Assembly (NCBI GenBank): GCA_034521595.1
Contig: JAXHMG010000001.1
Span: forward strand, 1 to 64,000
DNA length: 64,000 nucleotides
Direction of reading: 5' to 3'
Origin: Gemmatimonadota bacterium
GTDB taxonomy: Bacteria; Gemmatimonadota; Gemmatimonadetes; Longimicrobiales; Gaopeijiaceae
The notes beneath the pieces are model-generated. The model worked only from the letters and a program-made list of their open reading frames with translations. It was not told the origin of the DNA and ran no database searches. This document shows, one piece after another, positions 11,313-21,148 of this stretch (position 1 is the stretch's first letter; each line of letters starts with the position of its first letter). The translations under genes were made by a program, and so were the position numbers.

Positions 11313-12159
11313 CGGGCTCCAATGCGGGCAGGGCGCCCACCGTGGACCCGGGGAGAGGGAAGGTCAGCGTGGCGTGCAGACCGGTGGACTCGAAGCGGAC
11401 ATCGACGCTTCCGTTGAGCTCGTGCGTGATGCCCCGACAGATCACCGTCAGCCCGAATCCTCGAGGTGCTTCGGAGGCGACCGCGGGACCATCCGTTTCC
11501 TGCCAATCGACATGGATCATGCCGGTGTCCCGATCAACGGAGGCCTCGACCCTCACCCGTCCCGTGGGCACCGTCAACGACCCGTGCTTGGCCGCGTTCG
11601 TGGCGAGCTCGTGGAGCGCCATGAACAAGGGAGTGGCCGACCGGCCGGAAAGAACCACATCGTCGTCTTGCCAGACGAGCTGGCCCGGATGGGTCAGATA
11701 TGGCTCCACGGCCATTCGCACGAGCTGGCTGAGTCGAGCCCCGGCCCACCTTTCGTCCGCCAGCACTTCCTGAGCGCGGGCGAGCGCGACCAGGCGCGGG
11801 CGAAACGCGCGCAGGAACTCTCTCGTGGACGGAGCGTTCCGGGCCGTACGCTCCGCCATCCCCTGAATCGCGGCGAACGTGTTCCGGATCCGGTGGGCCG
11901 CTTCCCTGAACAGGAACTCCATCTGCTCGATGCGTCCCTCTCGGGCTTGGAACTCAGCCGCCCAAGCACGCGCACGGCTCATCGCCTCGTCACGCTCCGC
12001 AACGAGCTCACGGTTCCGCCGCTCGAGACCCCTGAGCCGCTCCACAAGGGCACGCTCGCGGTCCGCGGCAGCCCGGAGACGTGGATGGCGGGCTTCCCCC
12101 CGCTGCTGCTGAGGCTCCTCCCTCACGGAATCATCTCGATCGGCCGTTCGGCCGGGCAA
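11278..12159 (-). CDS. HWE-family histidine kinase
   Basis: EAAHRIRN H-box, LHELATNAAKHG, WQETDGP, GFG. Confidence 0.85.
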   Translation of the reverse strand: MPGRTADRDDSVREEPQQQRGEARHPRLRAAADRERALVERLRGLERRNRELVAERDEAMSRARAWAAEFQAREGRIEQMEFLFREAAHRIRNTFAAIQGMAERTARNAPSTREFLRAFRPRLVALARAQEVLADERWAGARLSQLVRMAVEPYLTHPGQLVWQDDDVVLSGRSATPLFMALHELATNAAKHGSLTVPTGRVRVEASVDRDTGMIHVDWQETDGPAVASEAPRGFGLTVICRGITHELNGSVDVRFESTGLHATLTFPLPGSTVGALPALEPVAGDRGLLARR

Positions 12160-12477
12160 TGTAACCAGGGCGTTCTAATCGCCTCGACCGTCGGGAGGGA
12201 CGCTCGATGGTGCGAGAATGGGGCGCGCCGCGCGAGCGTGCAAGAGTCGGCGCGCCGATCCCGTGGGGGACGGCTGTGCTCAAAGGGGGGCGTTCCCTAC
12301 CTTTCATCCCTTCGCCCAGGCGGCGAGCCCAGCGGTGGTGGAACACGGCACGGTGTGCGGGTCCACTGTCGTCGGGCTCGGGTTCCTGGCACCGTCGACT
12401 TCGGAGACGCGCACGCGACGAGGAGCGAGCCCTTGCGCCCTTTCGACGATCCTTCGGTCGTCCTGCAGCGCACCCGG

Positions 12478-13731
12478 ATGGTGGAGCGGTTTCTGGACTA
12501 CGTGCGCTACGACACGCAATCCGACGAGTCCAGCAGCACATGTCCCAGCACCGACAAGCAGCTCCGACTCGCGGAGCGGCTGGCGTCCGATCTCGAGGCT
12601 CTGGGGCTACGAGGTGTGGGCGAGGAAGGCGTGTCCGTGGACGAGAACGGGTATGTGCTCGCCGAGCTTCCGGGCACCCGCCCCGGACGCGTCGGGCTGT
12701 GCGCCCACATGGACACGACGCCGCAGTACACGGGCACGGGAGTGCGGCCCCGGGTCTGGGAAAGCTACGACGGGGGTCCCCTCGACGTGGGGCGTGAGGT
12801 GGTGCTGGACCCCGAGGCGACTCCGGAGCTGCGGGCATGCGTGGGGGATACGTTGATCACCACGGACGGGAGCACCCTGCTCGGTGCCGACGACAAGGCC
12901 GGGATCGCTGCCATCACGGGGGCGTTGGAGATCCTCGTCGCGGAGACGGACCTGCCGCGTCCCACCGTTCGGGTCTGCTTCAACCCCGACGAGGAGATCG
13001 GGCGCGGCGCCGACCGATTCCCCCTCGACCGGTTCGACTGTCCGGTGGCCTTCACCGTCGACGGAAGCTTCTCCGGCGAGATCAACGTGGAGACGTTTTC
13101 GGCGGACAAAGCGGTCGTGACGCTCACGGGCGTGTCCGTCCACCCGGGCCGGGCCAAGGGCAGGCTGGTGAACGCGCTCACCTACATGGGCAAGCTCCTG
13201 GCTCGGCTGCCCATGGCGGAGTCCCCGGAATGCACCGAAGGCCGGGAGGGATTCTACCATCCCGTGAGCGTGGCGGGCGACGCCGCGCAGTGCACGGCTC
13301 ACATCCTCCTCCGGGACTTCGATGTCGAGATATTGAAGGAGCGCGGCCGCCGGCTCGAGGCCATGTGCACCGCGTTGGCCGCCGAGGAGCCGGGGCTTCG
13401 GGTGGAGGTCGAGATCACCGAGCAATATCGCAACATGCTCGACGTGCTATCGGGTTATCCGCAAACGAGGGCGCGCCTGGAGCAGGCGGTGCAGGCCGCG
13501 GGGATCAGCCCCCGGGTGGTTCCCGTCCGAGGCGGCACCGACGGATCCCGGCTCACGGCCATGGGCATGCCCACCCCCAACCTCTTCGCCGGCGGTGTCA
13601 ACTTCCACGGCCCGTCCGAATGGATCTCGACCCGGGTTCTCGCTCAGTCGGCCTGTGCCATCTTGAACCTGACTCAGCTCTATGCGGAGGACGAAGAGCA
13701 GACGCCCGCGGAGGAAGAGGTCAGGTCGTGA
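12478..13731 (+). CDS. pepT: Peptidase T (M20B tripeptide aminopeptidase)
   Basis: ERFLDYVRYDTQS, AHMDT, LLGADDKAG, PDEEIGRGA, RGGTDG. Confidence 0.92.
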   Translation: MVERFLDYVRYDTQSDESSSTCPSTDKQLRLAERLASDLEALGLRGVGEEGVSVDENGYVLAELPGTRPGRVGLCAHMDTTPQYTGTGVRPRVWESYDGGPLDVGREVVLDPEATPELRACVGDTLITTDGSTLLGADDKAGIAAITGALEILVAETDLPRPTVRVCFNPDEEIGRGADRFPLDRFDCPVAFTVDGSFSGEINVETFSADKAVVTLTGVSVHPGRAKGRLVNALTYMGKLLARLPMAESPECTEGREGFYHPVSVAGDAAQCTAHILLRDFDVEILKERGRRLEAMCTALAAEEPGLRVEVEITEQYRNMLDVLSGYPQTRARLEQAVQAAGISPRVVPVRGGTDGSRLTAMGMPTPNLFAGGVNFHGPSEWISTRVLAQSACAILNLTQLYAEDEEQTPAEEEVRS

Positions 13732-13938
13732 GCGTGGACGCGGAAGTCGGGATCGTCGGGGCCGGGGCGTGCGGATCATCGAGAAAGCATGCACTTCCGC
13801 GGTGTCCTACGCGTTCCTGGCCGCGTGCGTGAACGCCCTGAACGAGGGCGAGACCGCCGTGCCCGGCCTGCTGAACCGCTGGCTGCACAAGCGCAGCGCT
13901 GGTCGCGGATTCGCGGACGTTTAGCGGGTCGGAAGCTC

Positions 13939-14160
13939 ATGAGACATCGTGGCCCCTGGATCGATCGACTCGCGACGATCCTCGCCGTAATCGTGATCGT
14001 CGGGCTCGTCGTGCGCCGCACCGGGCTCGATGACGGGCTGAGAGCTTTGGCCGACGGCGGCGGGTGGAAGTGGATGCTCTCGTTGCTCATCCTCGCCTGC
14101 CTGGGCACCTTCGTGTGGCGACTCCGGGTCGGCCGGACCGACGACGATCGGTCGGGTTGA
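13939..14160 (+). CDS. Small two-TM membrane protein
   Basis: Two hydrophobic helices in a 73-aa ORF. Confidence 0.5.
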   Translation: MRHRGPWIDRLATILAVIVIVGLVVRRTGLDDGLRALADGGGWKWMLSLLILACLGTFVWRLRVGRTDDDRSG

Positions 14161-14314
14161 GTCACCGGCCCGGGGCGTGTCGTATCGCCTCTGGGTCGTC
14201 GAGGACTGAACCGGTAGCTTACGCGGGTCGGGAACCCGGCGCCCGAGCGTTCGCACACCCGACGGTCTTCCGACGCGAGATCCACACGACCACTCCCAAA
14301 CGAGCACGCTGCAC

Positions 14315-14665
14315 ATGCGTTCCTCCCTCATTGCGCTCGCGACCTGCTTCGTCCTCTCGGGATGCGCTTCGACCGGCTCCGCCGGCGGAGACACGGTTTC
14401 GCTCGAGGGCCGCGTCACGGCCGTCGACGCCTCACGCACGGGCATCGGCATGAGCGGAGAAGGCATCGTGATCGTGAACAGCCCGGAGCACGGCGTGGTC
14501 ACGGTCCGGGTTCCGACCCGGGACGAGACGTGCGAGGCTCAGGGGCTGGCCGTGTTCCACACGCTGGCGGTCGACAACCGGATCCGAGTGGTCGGAGCCA
14601 TGACCGAGCCAGGGGTCGTGACACCCTGCGCGGACTCGTCCCACCGTCTGGAAAGGTTGAGGTAG
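14315..14665 (+). CDS. Hypothetical lipoprotein
   Basis: Signal peptide with LSGC lipobox. Confidence 0.65.
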   Translation: MRSSLIALATCFVLSGCASTGSAGGDTVSLEGRVTAVDASRTGIGMSGEGIVIVNSPEHGVVTVRVPTRDETCEAQGLAVFHTLAVDNRIRVVGAMTEPGVVTPCADSSHRLERLR

Positions 14666-14782
14666 CGCCTCCGGTTCCCGACCCCACGCGCTCGGTCGAG
14701 ACCCCGTGACGAGCCTACTGTCGCCGGACAGGCCGCGACCGTATCGTGCTTCACACGCTGAGAGGGTTCCGTGGGAGGGGCG

Positions 14783-15991
14783 ATGAGGCACACACGTCGA
14801 ATCACGATCCGGGCGGTGCGTAGCCAAACTCTGGTGGCCCTGGCCGTCGCCCTGTCGGCGTGCGCGGAGGCGGATTCGGCCACGGAAGCGGTCGTCGTCC
14901 GGGACAGCGCGGGGATCCGGATCGTCGAGACGGAAGCGACGGGCAGGTTCGACGCCTCGTGGCAAGTGGACGACACCCCGACCTGGGGCGTCGGGGAAGT
15001 AGAAGGCGACTCCGGCTACCTGCTGAGCCGGGTGGTGGGCGCGATGCAACGACCGGACGGGAGCGTGCTCGTAGCCAACGGGGGCACCAACGAGCTGAGG
15101 CTCTACGATGCGAGCGGGACCCTCGCCCGCGTGATCGGGCGCGAGGGCGAAGGGCCGGGTGAGTTCCAGTATCTGCGCGGGCTCGGACAGTGCCGGGAGG
15201 AGGGTTTCACCGCGTTCGATCTGAACTGGCAGGTCAACACGTTCGATGCCGACGGCTCCTTCGTGGAACGGACGACGCTGACCCTCCCGGACGGGATCAC
15301 CCCCTACAACCTCGCCTGCGATCCCGATGGGCGGTTTCTCGTCCTGGGTTGGGGCCAGGACGCGGCCGCCGGGCCACGGCCCGGGTTTCACGCCCTCCAC
15401 GGCGACCTCCTCCTGACCCGGCGGGATGGCACGACCGAGACCGACTTCGGCCCTTGGCTGTCGAGTGAGCGCATCGGCTCGACCACCGGCTCACGGCCCC
15501 ACCCGGCCGGACGCGCCACGGTCTTCGACCTCCACGACGGCCGCGTGTTCGTGGGTACGGGGGAACGCTTCGAGGTGCAGGTCCGTACGCTGGACGGCAC
15601 CCTCGAACGCTTGCTCCGCGGGCCCCGGCTGGCGCTGGAGGTGACCGACTCCGTCAAGGCGCTGACCCTGGAGGTGCTGCTTCGAAACGTGGACCAAGCA
15701 CGCAGGCCGGAGGTTCGCAGCGACGTCTCGGCGTGGGAGTGGCCCGAGCGGCTGCCCGCGTACACCGCCCTGAGGGTCGACCCGGAGGGGATCGTGTGGA
15801 CGCGCGCCTTTACGGTGGATCCCCTGGAAGGGGAGACGTGGACCTTGCTGGACCCGGACGAAGGGTATCTGGGGGACCTTCACCTACCGCCCGGACAGGA
15901 GCTGCTCGAAATCGGACACGACCACCTCCTGGTCCTGAGCAGGAGCGAGCTCGATGTCGAGCGGGTCGAGAGGTACGGGCTCCAGCGATGA
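14783..15991 (+). CDS. 6-bladed beta-propeller-type lipoprotein
   Basis: LSAC lipobox, VRDSAGIRIVE, GREGEGPGEF, C-terminal ELDVERV. Confidence 0.75.
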   Translation: MRHTRRITIRAVRSQTLVALAVALSACAEADSATEAVVVRDSAGIRIVETEATGRFDASWQVDDTPTWGVGEVEGDSGYLLSRVVGAMQRPDGSVLVANGGTNELRLYDASGTLARVIGREGEGPGEFQYLRGLGQCREEGFTAFDLNWQVNTFDADGSFVERTTLTLPDGITPYNLACDPDGRFLVLGWGQDAAAGPRPGFHALHGDLLLTRRDGTTETDFGPWLSSERIGSTTGSRPHPAGRATVFDLHDGRVFVGTGERFEVQVRTLDGTLERLLRGPRLALEVTDSVKALTLEVLLRNVDQARRPEVRSDVSAWEWPERLPAYTALRVDPEGIVWTRAFTVDPLEGETWTLLDPDEGYLGDLHLPPGQELLEIGHDHLLVLSRSELDVERVERYGLQR

Positions 15992-16494
15992 CCGCCATGA
16001 ACGCTCCCCGCGTGTGCGCCATGGCCTACCTCTCGGTCGTGCTCACCGCTTGCGGAGCCGCCGGACAGGGTTCCGCCGAGGAGTCGGAGATCCCGCGTGA
16101 ATCCGAGCCCGAGCACGCGTGGGTGATCTTCGGATCCGACAGCGTGCGGGCGGAGGTGGCGCGAACGGAAAGCCAGCGGGAGCGCGGTCTGATGCTCCGT
16201 GAGAGCGTTCCGGACGGCACCGGGATGCTCTTCGTCTTCCCGGAGGCCGAGGTCCAGGGCGTGTGGATGAAGGACACCTATGTCCCCCTGACCGCCGCGT
16301 TCATGGACGGGAACTTCACGGTGTTGAGCATCGAGCGACTCGAGCCGGAAGATCCGACCGTGAAGTATTCCGAAGATCCGGTCATGTACGTCCTAGAGGT
16401 GCCGCAGGGGTGGTTCGAGGCGCACGGCGTGACGCCGGGGGATCGGGCGACCGTGGTGTTCGAGGGCACCTCGCCACGGAAGGTTGACGGATAA
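15988..16494 (+). CDS. DUF192-family lipoprotein
   Basis: EVARTESQRERGLMLR..GMLFVF..WMKDTYVPL..YVLEVPQGWF. Confidence 0.85.
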   Translation: MTAMNAPRVCAMAYLSVVLTACGAAGQGSAEESEIPRESEPEHAWVIFGSDSVRAEVARTESQRERGLMLRESVPDGTGMLFVFPEAEVQGVWMKDTYVPLTAAFMDGNFTVLSIERLEPEDPTVKYSEDPVMYVLEVPQGWFEAHGVTPGDRATVVFEGTSPRKVDG

Positions 16495-16788
16495 CACCCG
16501 GACCGGTAGATCGCCGCCAGAGGGAACCGCGACCGGAGACTGATCTACGAAACGGGACCCACACGTGCGAACACGAGCCACGCGACCTGGAACGGTGCCG
16601 GTGCGGAGCCACCGTCGGTGGACCGTCCTCCTCTGGATTCCGGCCCTGACCGTCTGCGGAGAACGCTCCGAAGAGCCCGCCGGCGACGCCTCCGTCGAGG
16701 ACCTCTTCACCGAGGTCGCCCGGGTGGAGCTCGAGGAGTCGGCGAATCCCTGGACCATCATGGCTCTGGACTGGACCGGCACGAACCC

Positions 16789-17856
16789 ATGACCGACGCA
16801 CCCATCCTCGACGCACTCCCCGAAGAGCTCACCGGGCCCGCGGCCTGGGTCGGCAAGGACGTTCGAGCCCGTACCGACGAGTGGCTCGTCCACCTGTCGG
16901 ACACCGACGTCGCCGACCTGGAGCGCGCCGCGCGGCACTACCTCTCGCTCGGGCGGGACGTGGGCGAGATCACCGCCGAGGAGTTCCCGCTCACATCGTT
17001 CGGCGCACATGTGGAGGCGCTGAAGGAGAAGCTCCTCGAGGGGATCGGCTTCGAGCTCCTCCGGGGCTTGCCCGTCGAGCGCTACGACCAGCAGCTCGCG
17101 GCGACGATCTTCTGTGGGGTCGGAGCGCACCTCGGACGCGCTCGGCCTCAAAACGCCCGGGGGCACATCCTCGGCCACGTGCGCGACACGGGCGCGAGCT
17201 CGAAGGATCCGAACACCAGGATCTACCAGACCGCCGAGCGGCAGAGCTTCCACACCGACAGCGCCGACGTGGTGGGGCTCCTCTGTCTCCGTGACGCCCG
17301 CGAGGGAGGGGATTCCCTCCTGGTGAGCGCCCTGTCGATCTACAACCGCATGCGGGCCGAGCGGCCCGATCTTCTGGAGCGGCTTTTCGACCCCATCGCC
17401 ACCGACCGGCGCGGCGAGATTCCGCCGGGCGCCAAGCCGTACATGGAGATCCCCGTGCTGAGCTGGCACGCCGGCAAGCTCACCGTCTTCTACCAGCGCC
17501 AGTACATCGAAAGCGCCCAACGCTTCGAAGGCGCCATGCGGCTGACCCCGGACCACGTGGCGGCGCTCGACATGTTCGACGCGCTGGCCGAGGACCCCGA
17601 CATGCACGTGCGTATGCGGCTTCAGCCGGGCGACATGCAGTTCGTCTACAATCATTCGCAGCTCCACGACCGAACGGCCTTCATCGACTGGCCCGAACCG
17701 TCGCACCGTCGCCACCTGCTCCGCCTCTGGCTCTCTCCGACGGGCGACCGGGAGCTGCCGAAGTGCTTCGAGCAGCGGTACGGCTCGATCGAGGTGGGCA
17801 ACCGCGGCGGCGTCATGGTGGGACAGACGACGTTGACCGCCCCGATCGACCCGTGA
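16789..17856 (+). CDS. TauD/TfdA-family Fe(II)/2-oxoglutarate dioxygenase
   Basis: FHTDSADVVGLLC (HxD), LHDRTAF, RRHLLRLWL. Confidence 0.88.
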   Translation: MTDAPILDALPEELTGPAAWVGKDVRARTDEWLVHLSDTDVADLERAARHYLSLGRDVGEITAEEFPLTSFGAHVEALKEKLLEGIGFELLRGLPVERYDQQLAATIFCGVGAHLGRARPQNARGHILGHVRDTGASSKDPNTRIYQTAERQSFHTDSADVVGLLCLRDAREGGDSLLVSALSIYNRMRAERPDLLERLFDPIATDRRGEIPPGAKPYMEIPVLSWHAGKLTVFYQRQYIESAQRFEGAMRLTPDHVAALDMFDALAEDPDMHVRMRLQPGDMQFVYNHSQLHDRTAFIDWPEPSHRRHLLRLWLSPTGDRELPKCFEQRYGSIEVGNRGGVMVGQTTLTAPIDP

Positions 17857-17932
17857 GGGAAACGACCGACTCGGTCGCACACCGGAGCCGCAGCCGTTGG
17901 ACAGAACACTCCCGACACGCCAAGCTACTGCG

Positions 17933-19117
17933 ATGGACAAGCTACTCTCTCATCCGCTTCGGTACGCCTGGATCCTGATCGGCCTCATGGGCTGCGGGAA
18001 CGACGCACCGCCCGGCGTGACGGTCACGGACAGCGCAGGGGTGCGGATAACGATCACGCCCGACGACCCGCGCTCCTTCGCCGAGCTGGATTCGACCCCC
18101 GCCCTCTCGTTCGGCGGAGCGGAGACCGACGGTCCCACCCAGTTCTTCGGCATCCAAGGCATCCATGTCGACGACCGGGAACGGATCTGGGTTGCGGACG
18201 CTCAGTCCGGCGAGCTACGGATCTTCGACGCCGACGGGTCGCACTGGAAGACCCGCGGAGGACGGGGGGAAGGCCCCGGCGAGTTCGTTCGGATCCGCTT
18301 GCTCGGATCCCCGCGCGGAGACTCGGTCCTGGTCGGCGACTCGGGCACCAACCGGATCACGATCTTCGACGCGGAGGGTGAGATCGTACGCACGGAGCCC
18401 GTCCCCGCGACCGAGCGCGCCGTCCCCCGACTCTTCGACGTGTTCGTCGACGGCAGCGCCCTGGGGCGGGTGCCGCTCACCGTCGCGGCGACGTCACTCG
18501 AGCCCGGCTCCGTCCTGCGCGACTCCGTCGAGTTGGTGCGCCTGAGGAGAGATTCGGCACGCTTCGACGCCTGGGGCACCGCACCCGGACCTCTTTGGCT
18601 CTGGACCGGCGCCAACCAGATCCCCATTCCGTTCACCGTGAACGCCTCCTTCGACATTCTCGGAGCCGACGTGCATCTGGTGTCCGGACCGGACTTCAGG
18701 ATCCGGGTGCTCGAGCGGGGCGACCTTCGCGAGATATATGGGATGGATCGGCAGCGTCGCGCGATCGACGACTCCGACATCGCAGCGTACCATGATTTCG
18801 TCGAGGAATGGATCCCCGCCGCCGAACGTGCGGGATACCTCGCCGCCGTGACGCACGAGCAACGGCCGGAGCATCTCCCGGGATACGATCGAGTGGTGGT
18901 GTCGCAGGAGGGTTACGTGTGGGCTCAGGTCTACGAGTCCGACCTCACGGCCGCCCATGATTGGCACGTCTTCGACGACGAGCGTCACTTCGTCGGCCAC
19001 GTGACCGTGTGGGGAGGATTCCAGCCGATGGTGATCACTCAAGACGCCATGGTCGGCGTGTGGCGGGACGAGCTCGGCATCGAGCACGTGCGGGTGTACG
19101 AGTTCACGAGGCGCTGA
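17933..19117 (+). CDS. 6-bladed beta-propeller-type lipoprotein
   Basis: LMGC lipobox, TDSAGVRI, GGRGEGPGEF, RDELGIEHV. Confidence 0.75.
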   Translation: MDKLLSHPLRYAWILIGLMGCGNDAPPGVTVTDSAGVRITITPDDPRSFAELDSTPALSFGGAETDGPTQFFGIQGIHVDDRERIWVADAQSGELRIFDADGSHWKTRGGRGEGPGEFVRIRLLGSPRGDSVLVGDSGTNRITIFDAEGEIVRTEPVPATERAVPRLFDVFVDGSALGRVPLTVAATSLEPGSVLRDSVELVRLRRDSARFDAWGTAPGPLWLWTGANQIPIPFTVNASFDILGADVHLVSGPDFRIRVLERGDLREIYGMDRQRRAIDDSDIAAYHDFVEEWIPAAERAGYLAAVTHEQRPEHLPGYDRVVVSQEGYVWAQVYESDLTAAHDWHVFDDERHFVGHVTVWGGFQPMVITQDAMVGVWRDELGIEHVRVYEFTRR

Positions 19118-19216
19118 CGGCCGGCGTCGAGGTGACGCTGCACAGCCGCTTCACCTACCACGGGCTGCTAGATCGGCCACCAGCCGCGCGCGGTCTCAAC
19201 ACAGTCCACGACCTCC

Positions 19217-19960
19217 GTGTCACTGGCGAGGCAGGGTCGGCGGCACCACCGGCTCTGCGGCCGTCACTCCGTGTGGGCGAGACGCATCTGCGCGAGTCGC
19301 CGCCACCACGATGATCAGGAATCCTCGGGAGCCGGAAGCTTGGACGAGATCTACGAACGGGACGACCGCCTTGAAGACCGTTTCTTCGACGTGGCTATCG
19401 ACATGCTGTGTTACCTGGATTTCGACGGCCACTTCCGCCGGCTCAATCCCGCTTGGGCGCACACCCTGGGCTTCACGATCGACGAGCTCCGAGCCCGGCC
19501 GTTCATCGAGTTCGTCCACCCCGACGACCGTGAGCGCACGCTCGCACAGAACAAGCGTGTAAGGTCCGGGGAACACGCCCTGGGCTTCGAAAACCGGTAC
19601 CGGTGCAAGGACGGATCGTATCGTTGGCTGCTCTGGAACGCCGCACCCGACCTCGAACGGCGGGTCATCTATTCGGTCGCTCGCGACATCACGGAGCGGA
19701 AGCGGGCCGAAGAGGAGCGTGAGCGCCTGGTCCGAGAGCTGCAGTCGGCCGTCGCGGAAGTGAACACGCTGCGGGACATGTTGCCGATCTGCTCGTATTG
19801 CCGACGCATCCGTGGTGACGAAGACTACTGGCTCAGCGTCGAGGCCTACATCGCCGAGCACACCAAGAGCCGGTTCAGCCACGCCATCTGCCCGACGTGC
19901 TACGAGAGCGAGGTCGTCCCGCAGCTCGAGTCGGCTGAGCGAGCCCCCGAACGTCCCTGA
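19217..19960 (+). CDS. PAS-domain protein with C-terminal CxxC..HxxCxxC module
   Basis: LNPAWAHTLG..FVHPDD..ENRYRCKDGSYRWL..RDITERK; LPICSYCRRIR..SHAICPTC; true start probably later. Confidence 0.8.
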   Translation: MSLARQGRRHHRLCGRHSVWARRICASRRHHDDQESSGAGSLDEIYERDDRLEDRFFDVAIDMLCYLDFDGHFRRLNPAWAHTLGFTIDELRARPFIEFVHPDDRERTLAQNKRVRSGEHALGFENRYRCKDGSYRWLLWNAAPDLERRVIYSVARDITERKRAEEERERLVRELQSAVAEVNTLRDMLPICSYCRRIRGDEDYWLSVEAYIAEHTKSRFSHAICPTCYESEVVPQLESAERAPERP

Positions 19961-20046
19961 CCTCCGCCGTTCCCACGGACGGCGACCCCTCCTTTTCGCG
20001 GCGCCCCCCTTCCGGGCTGCGCCCGCGACCCCTGAAGCGTGCTTCG

Positions 20047-20095
20047 TTGACAGCCGCCCACGACCGGATATGTTGTTTTAGGATCGGCTAAAACA
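20047..20095 (+). promoter_or_regulatory. Sigma70-type promoter overlapped by a DtxR/IdeR/MntR-like operator
   Basis: TTGACA-N16-TATGTT; palindrome TGTTTTAG-GATCGG-CTAAAACA at 20074-20095. Confidence 0.7.
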
Positions 20096-20113
20096 CCTCG
20101 GTGAAAGTGAAGC

Positions 20114-21148
20114 ATGGCTTCCGACGGCACTTCGAAAGGCAAGATGACCAGGCGAGACCTGCTCCGGGCCAGCGCCATGGGCGCGGTGGGTCTGGCGGCG
20201 GGTGGCGGCGCGCTCGGCATGAGCCGACGGGGCCGGAACCAGGACGCCCACGGAGACGTCGAGGTGGAGAGCCACGACATGCTCACGCAGGGCGAGGTGG
20301 ACACGAGCCGGTTCGATCCGAGCGCTTTCCTGACCGACTTCGACTACGGTGAGGTATCGACGCTTCCGAGCGGCCAGACGCTGCGCAGCTACGAGGTGGT
20401 GGCGGTGGATCGGGACGTCGAAGTCGCGCCCGGCGTCTACTTCCCGGCCTGGACCTACAACGGGCATGTTCCCGGCCCCACGCTACGCTGCACCGAGGGC
20501 GACCGCGTTCGGGTCCGCTTCGTGAACGCGGGCTCACATCCCCATACGATCCACTTCCACGGCATCCACCCCGCGAACATGGATGGCGTCTTCGAGCTCG
20601 TGGAGCCGGGACAGACCTTCGTGTACGAGTTCGATGCGGCGCCGGCGGGCCTTCAGCTCTATCACTGCCATGCGGTGCCGCTGAAGCGCCATATCCACAA
20701 GGGGCTCTACGGCACCTTCATCATCGACCCAAGGGAGTCGGAATGGGCTCCCGCGCACGAGATGGTCATGGTGATGAACGGGTTCGACACCGACTTCGAC
20801 GGCGACAACGAGATCTATGCAGCCAACACGGTCGCCTTCCACTACCAGCGACACCCGATCGAGATCGAGAGGGGTGAGCTCGTGCGGATCTTTCTCGTGA
20901 ACACGACCGAGTTCGACCTCATCAACTCGTTCCACCTGCACGGGAACTTCTTCCGCTACTACCCGACGGGCACGCGGCCCGATCAGTACCAATGGACGGA
21001 TACGGTCATGCTCTGCCAAGGCGAGCGCGGCATCATCGAGTTCACCTTCGATCATACCGGCCCGTTCATGTTCCATGCGCACCAGAGCGAGTTCGCGGAG
21101 CTCGGGTGGATGGGGGTCTTCGACGTGAAGGAGGCGACGGATGAGTGA
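20114..21148 (+). CDS. Tat-exported two-domain multicopper oxidase
   Basis: TRRDLL Tat motif; HTIHFHG, YHCH, FHLHG, FHAH copper motifs. Confidence 0.88.
   Translation: MASDGTSKGKMTRRDLLRASAMGAVGLAAGGGALGMSRRGRNQDAHGDVEVESHDMLTQGEVDTSRFDPSAFLTDFDYGEVSTLPSGQTLRSYEVVAVDRDVEVAPGVYFPAWTYNGHVPGPTLRCTEGDRVRVRFVNAGSHPHTIHFHGIHPANMDGVFELVEPGQTFVYEFDAAPAGLQLYHCHAVPLKRHIHKGLYGTFIIDPRESEWAPAHEMVMVMNGFDTDFDGDNEIYAANTVAFHYQRHPIEIERGELVRIFLVNTTEFDLINSFHLHGNFFRYYPTGTRPDQYQWTDTVMLCQGERGIIEFTFDHTGPFMFHAHQSEFAELGWMGVFDVKEATDE

Noticed and set aside
10876-12477. 951-aa ORF suggesting a large N-terminal extension of PepT
   Set aside because: The upstream part is the antisense shadow of the HWE kinase and receiver genes; PepT homology starts near 12478
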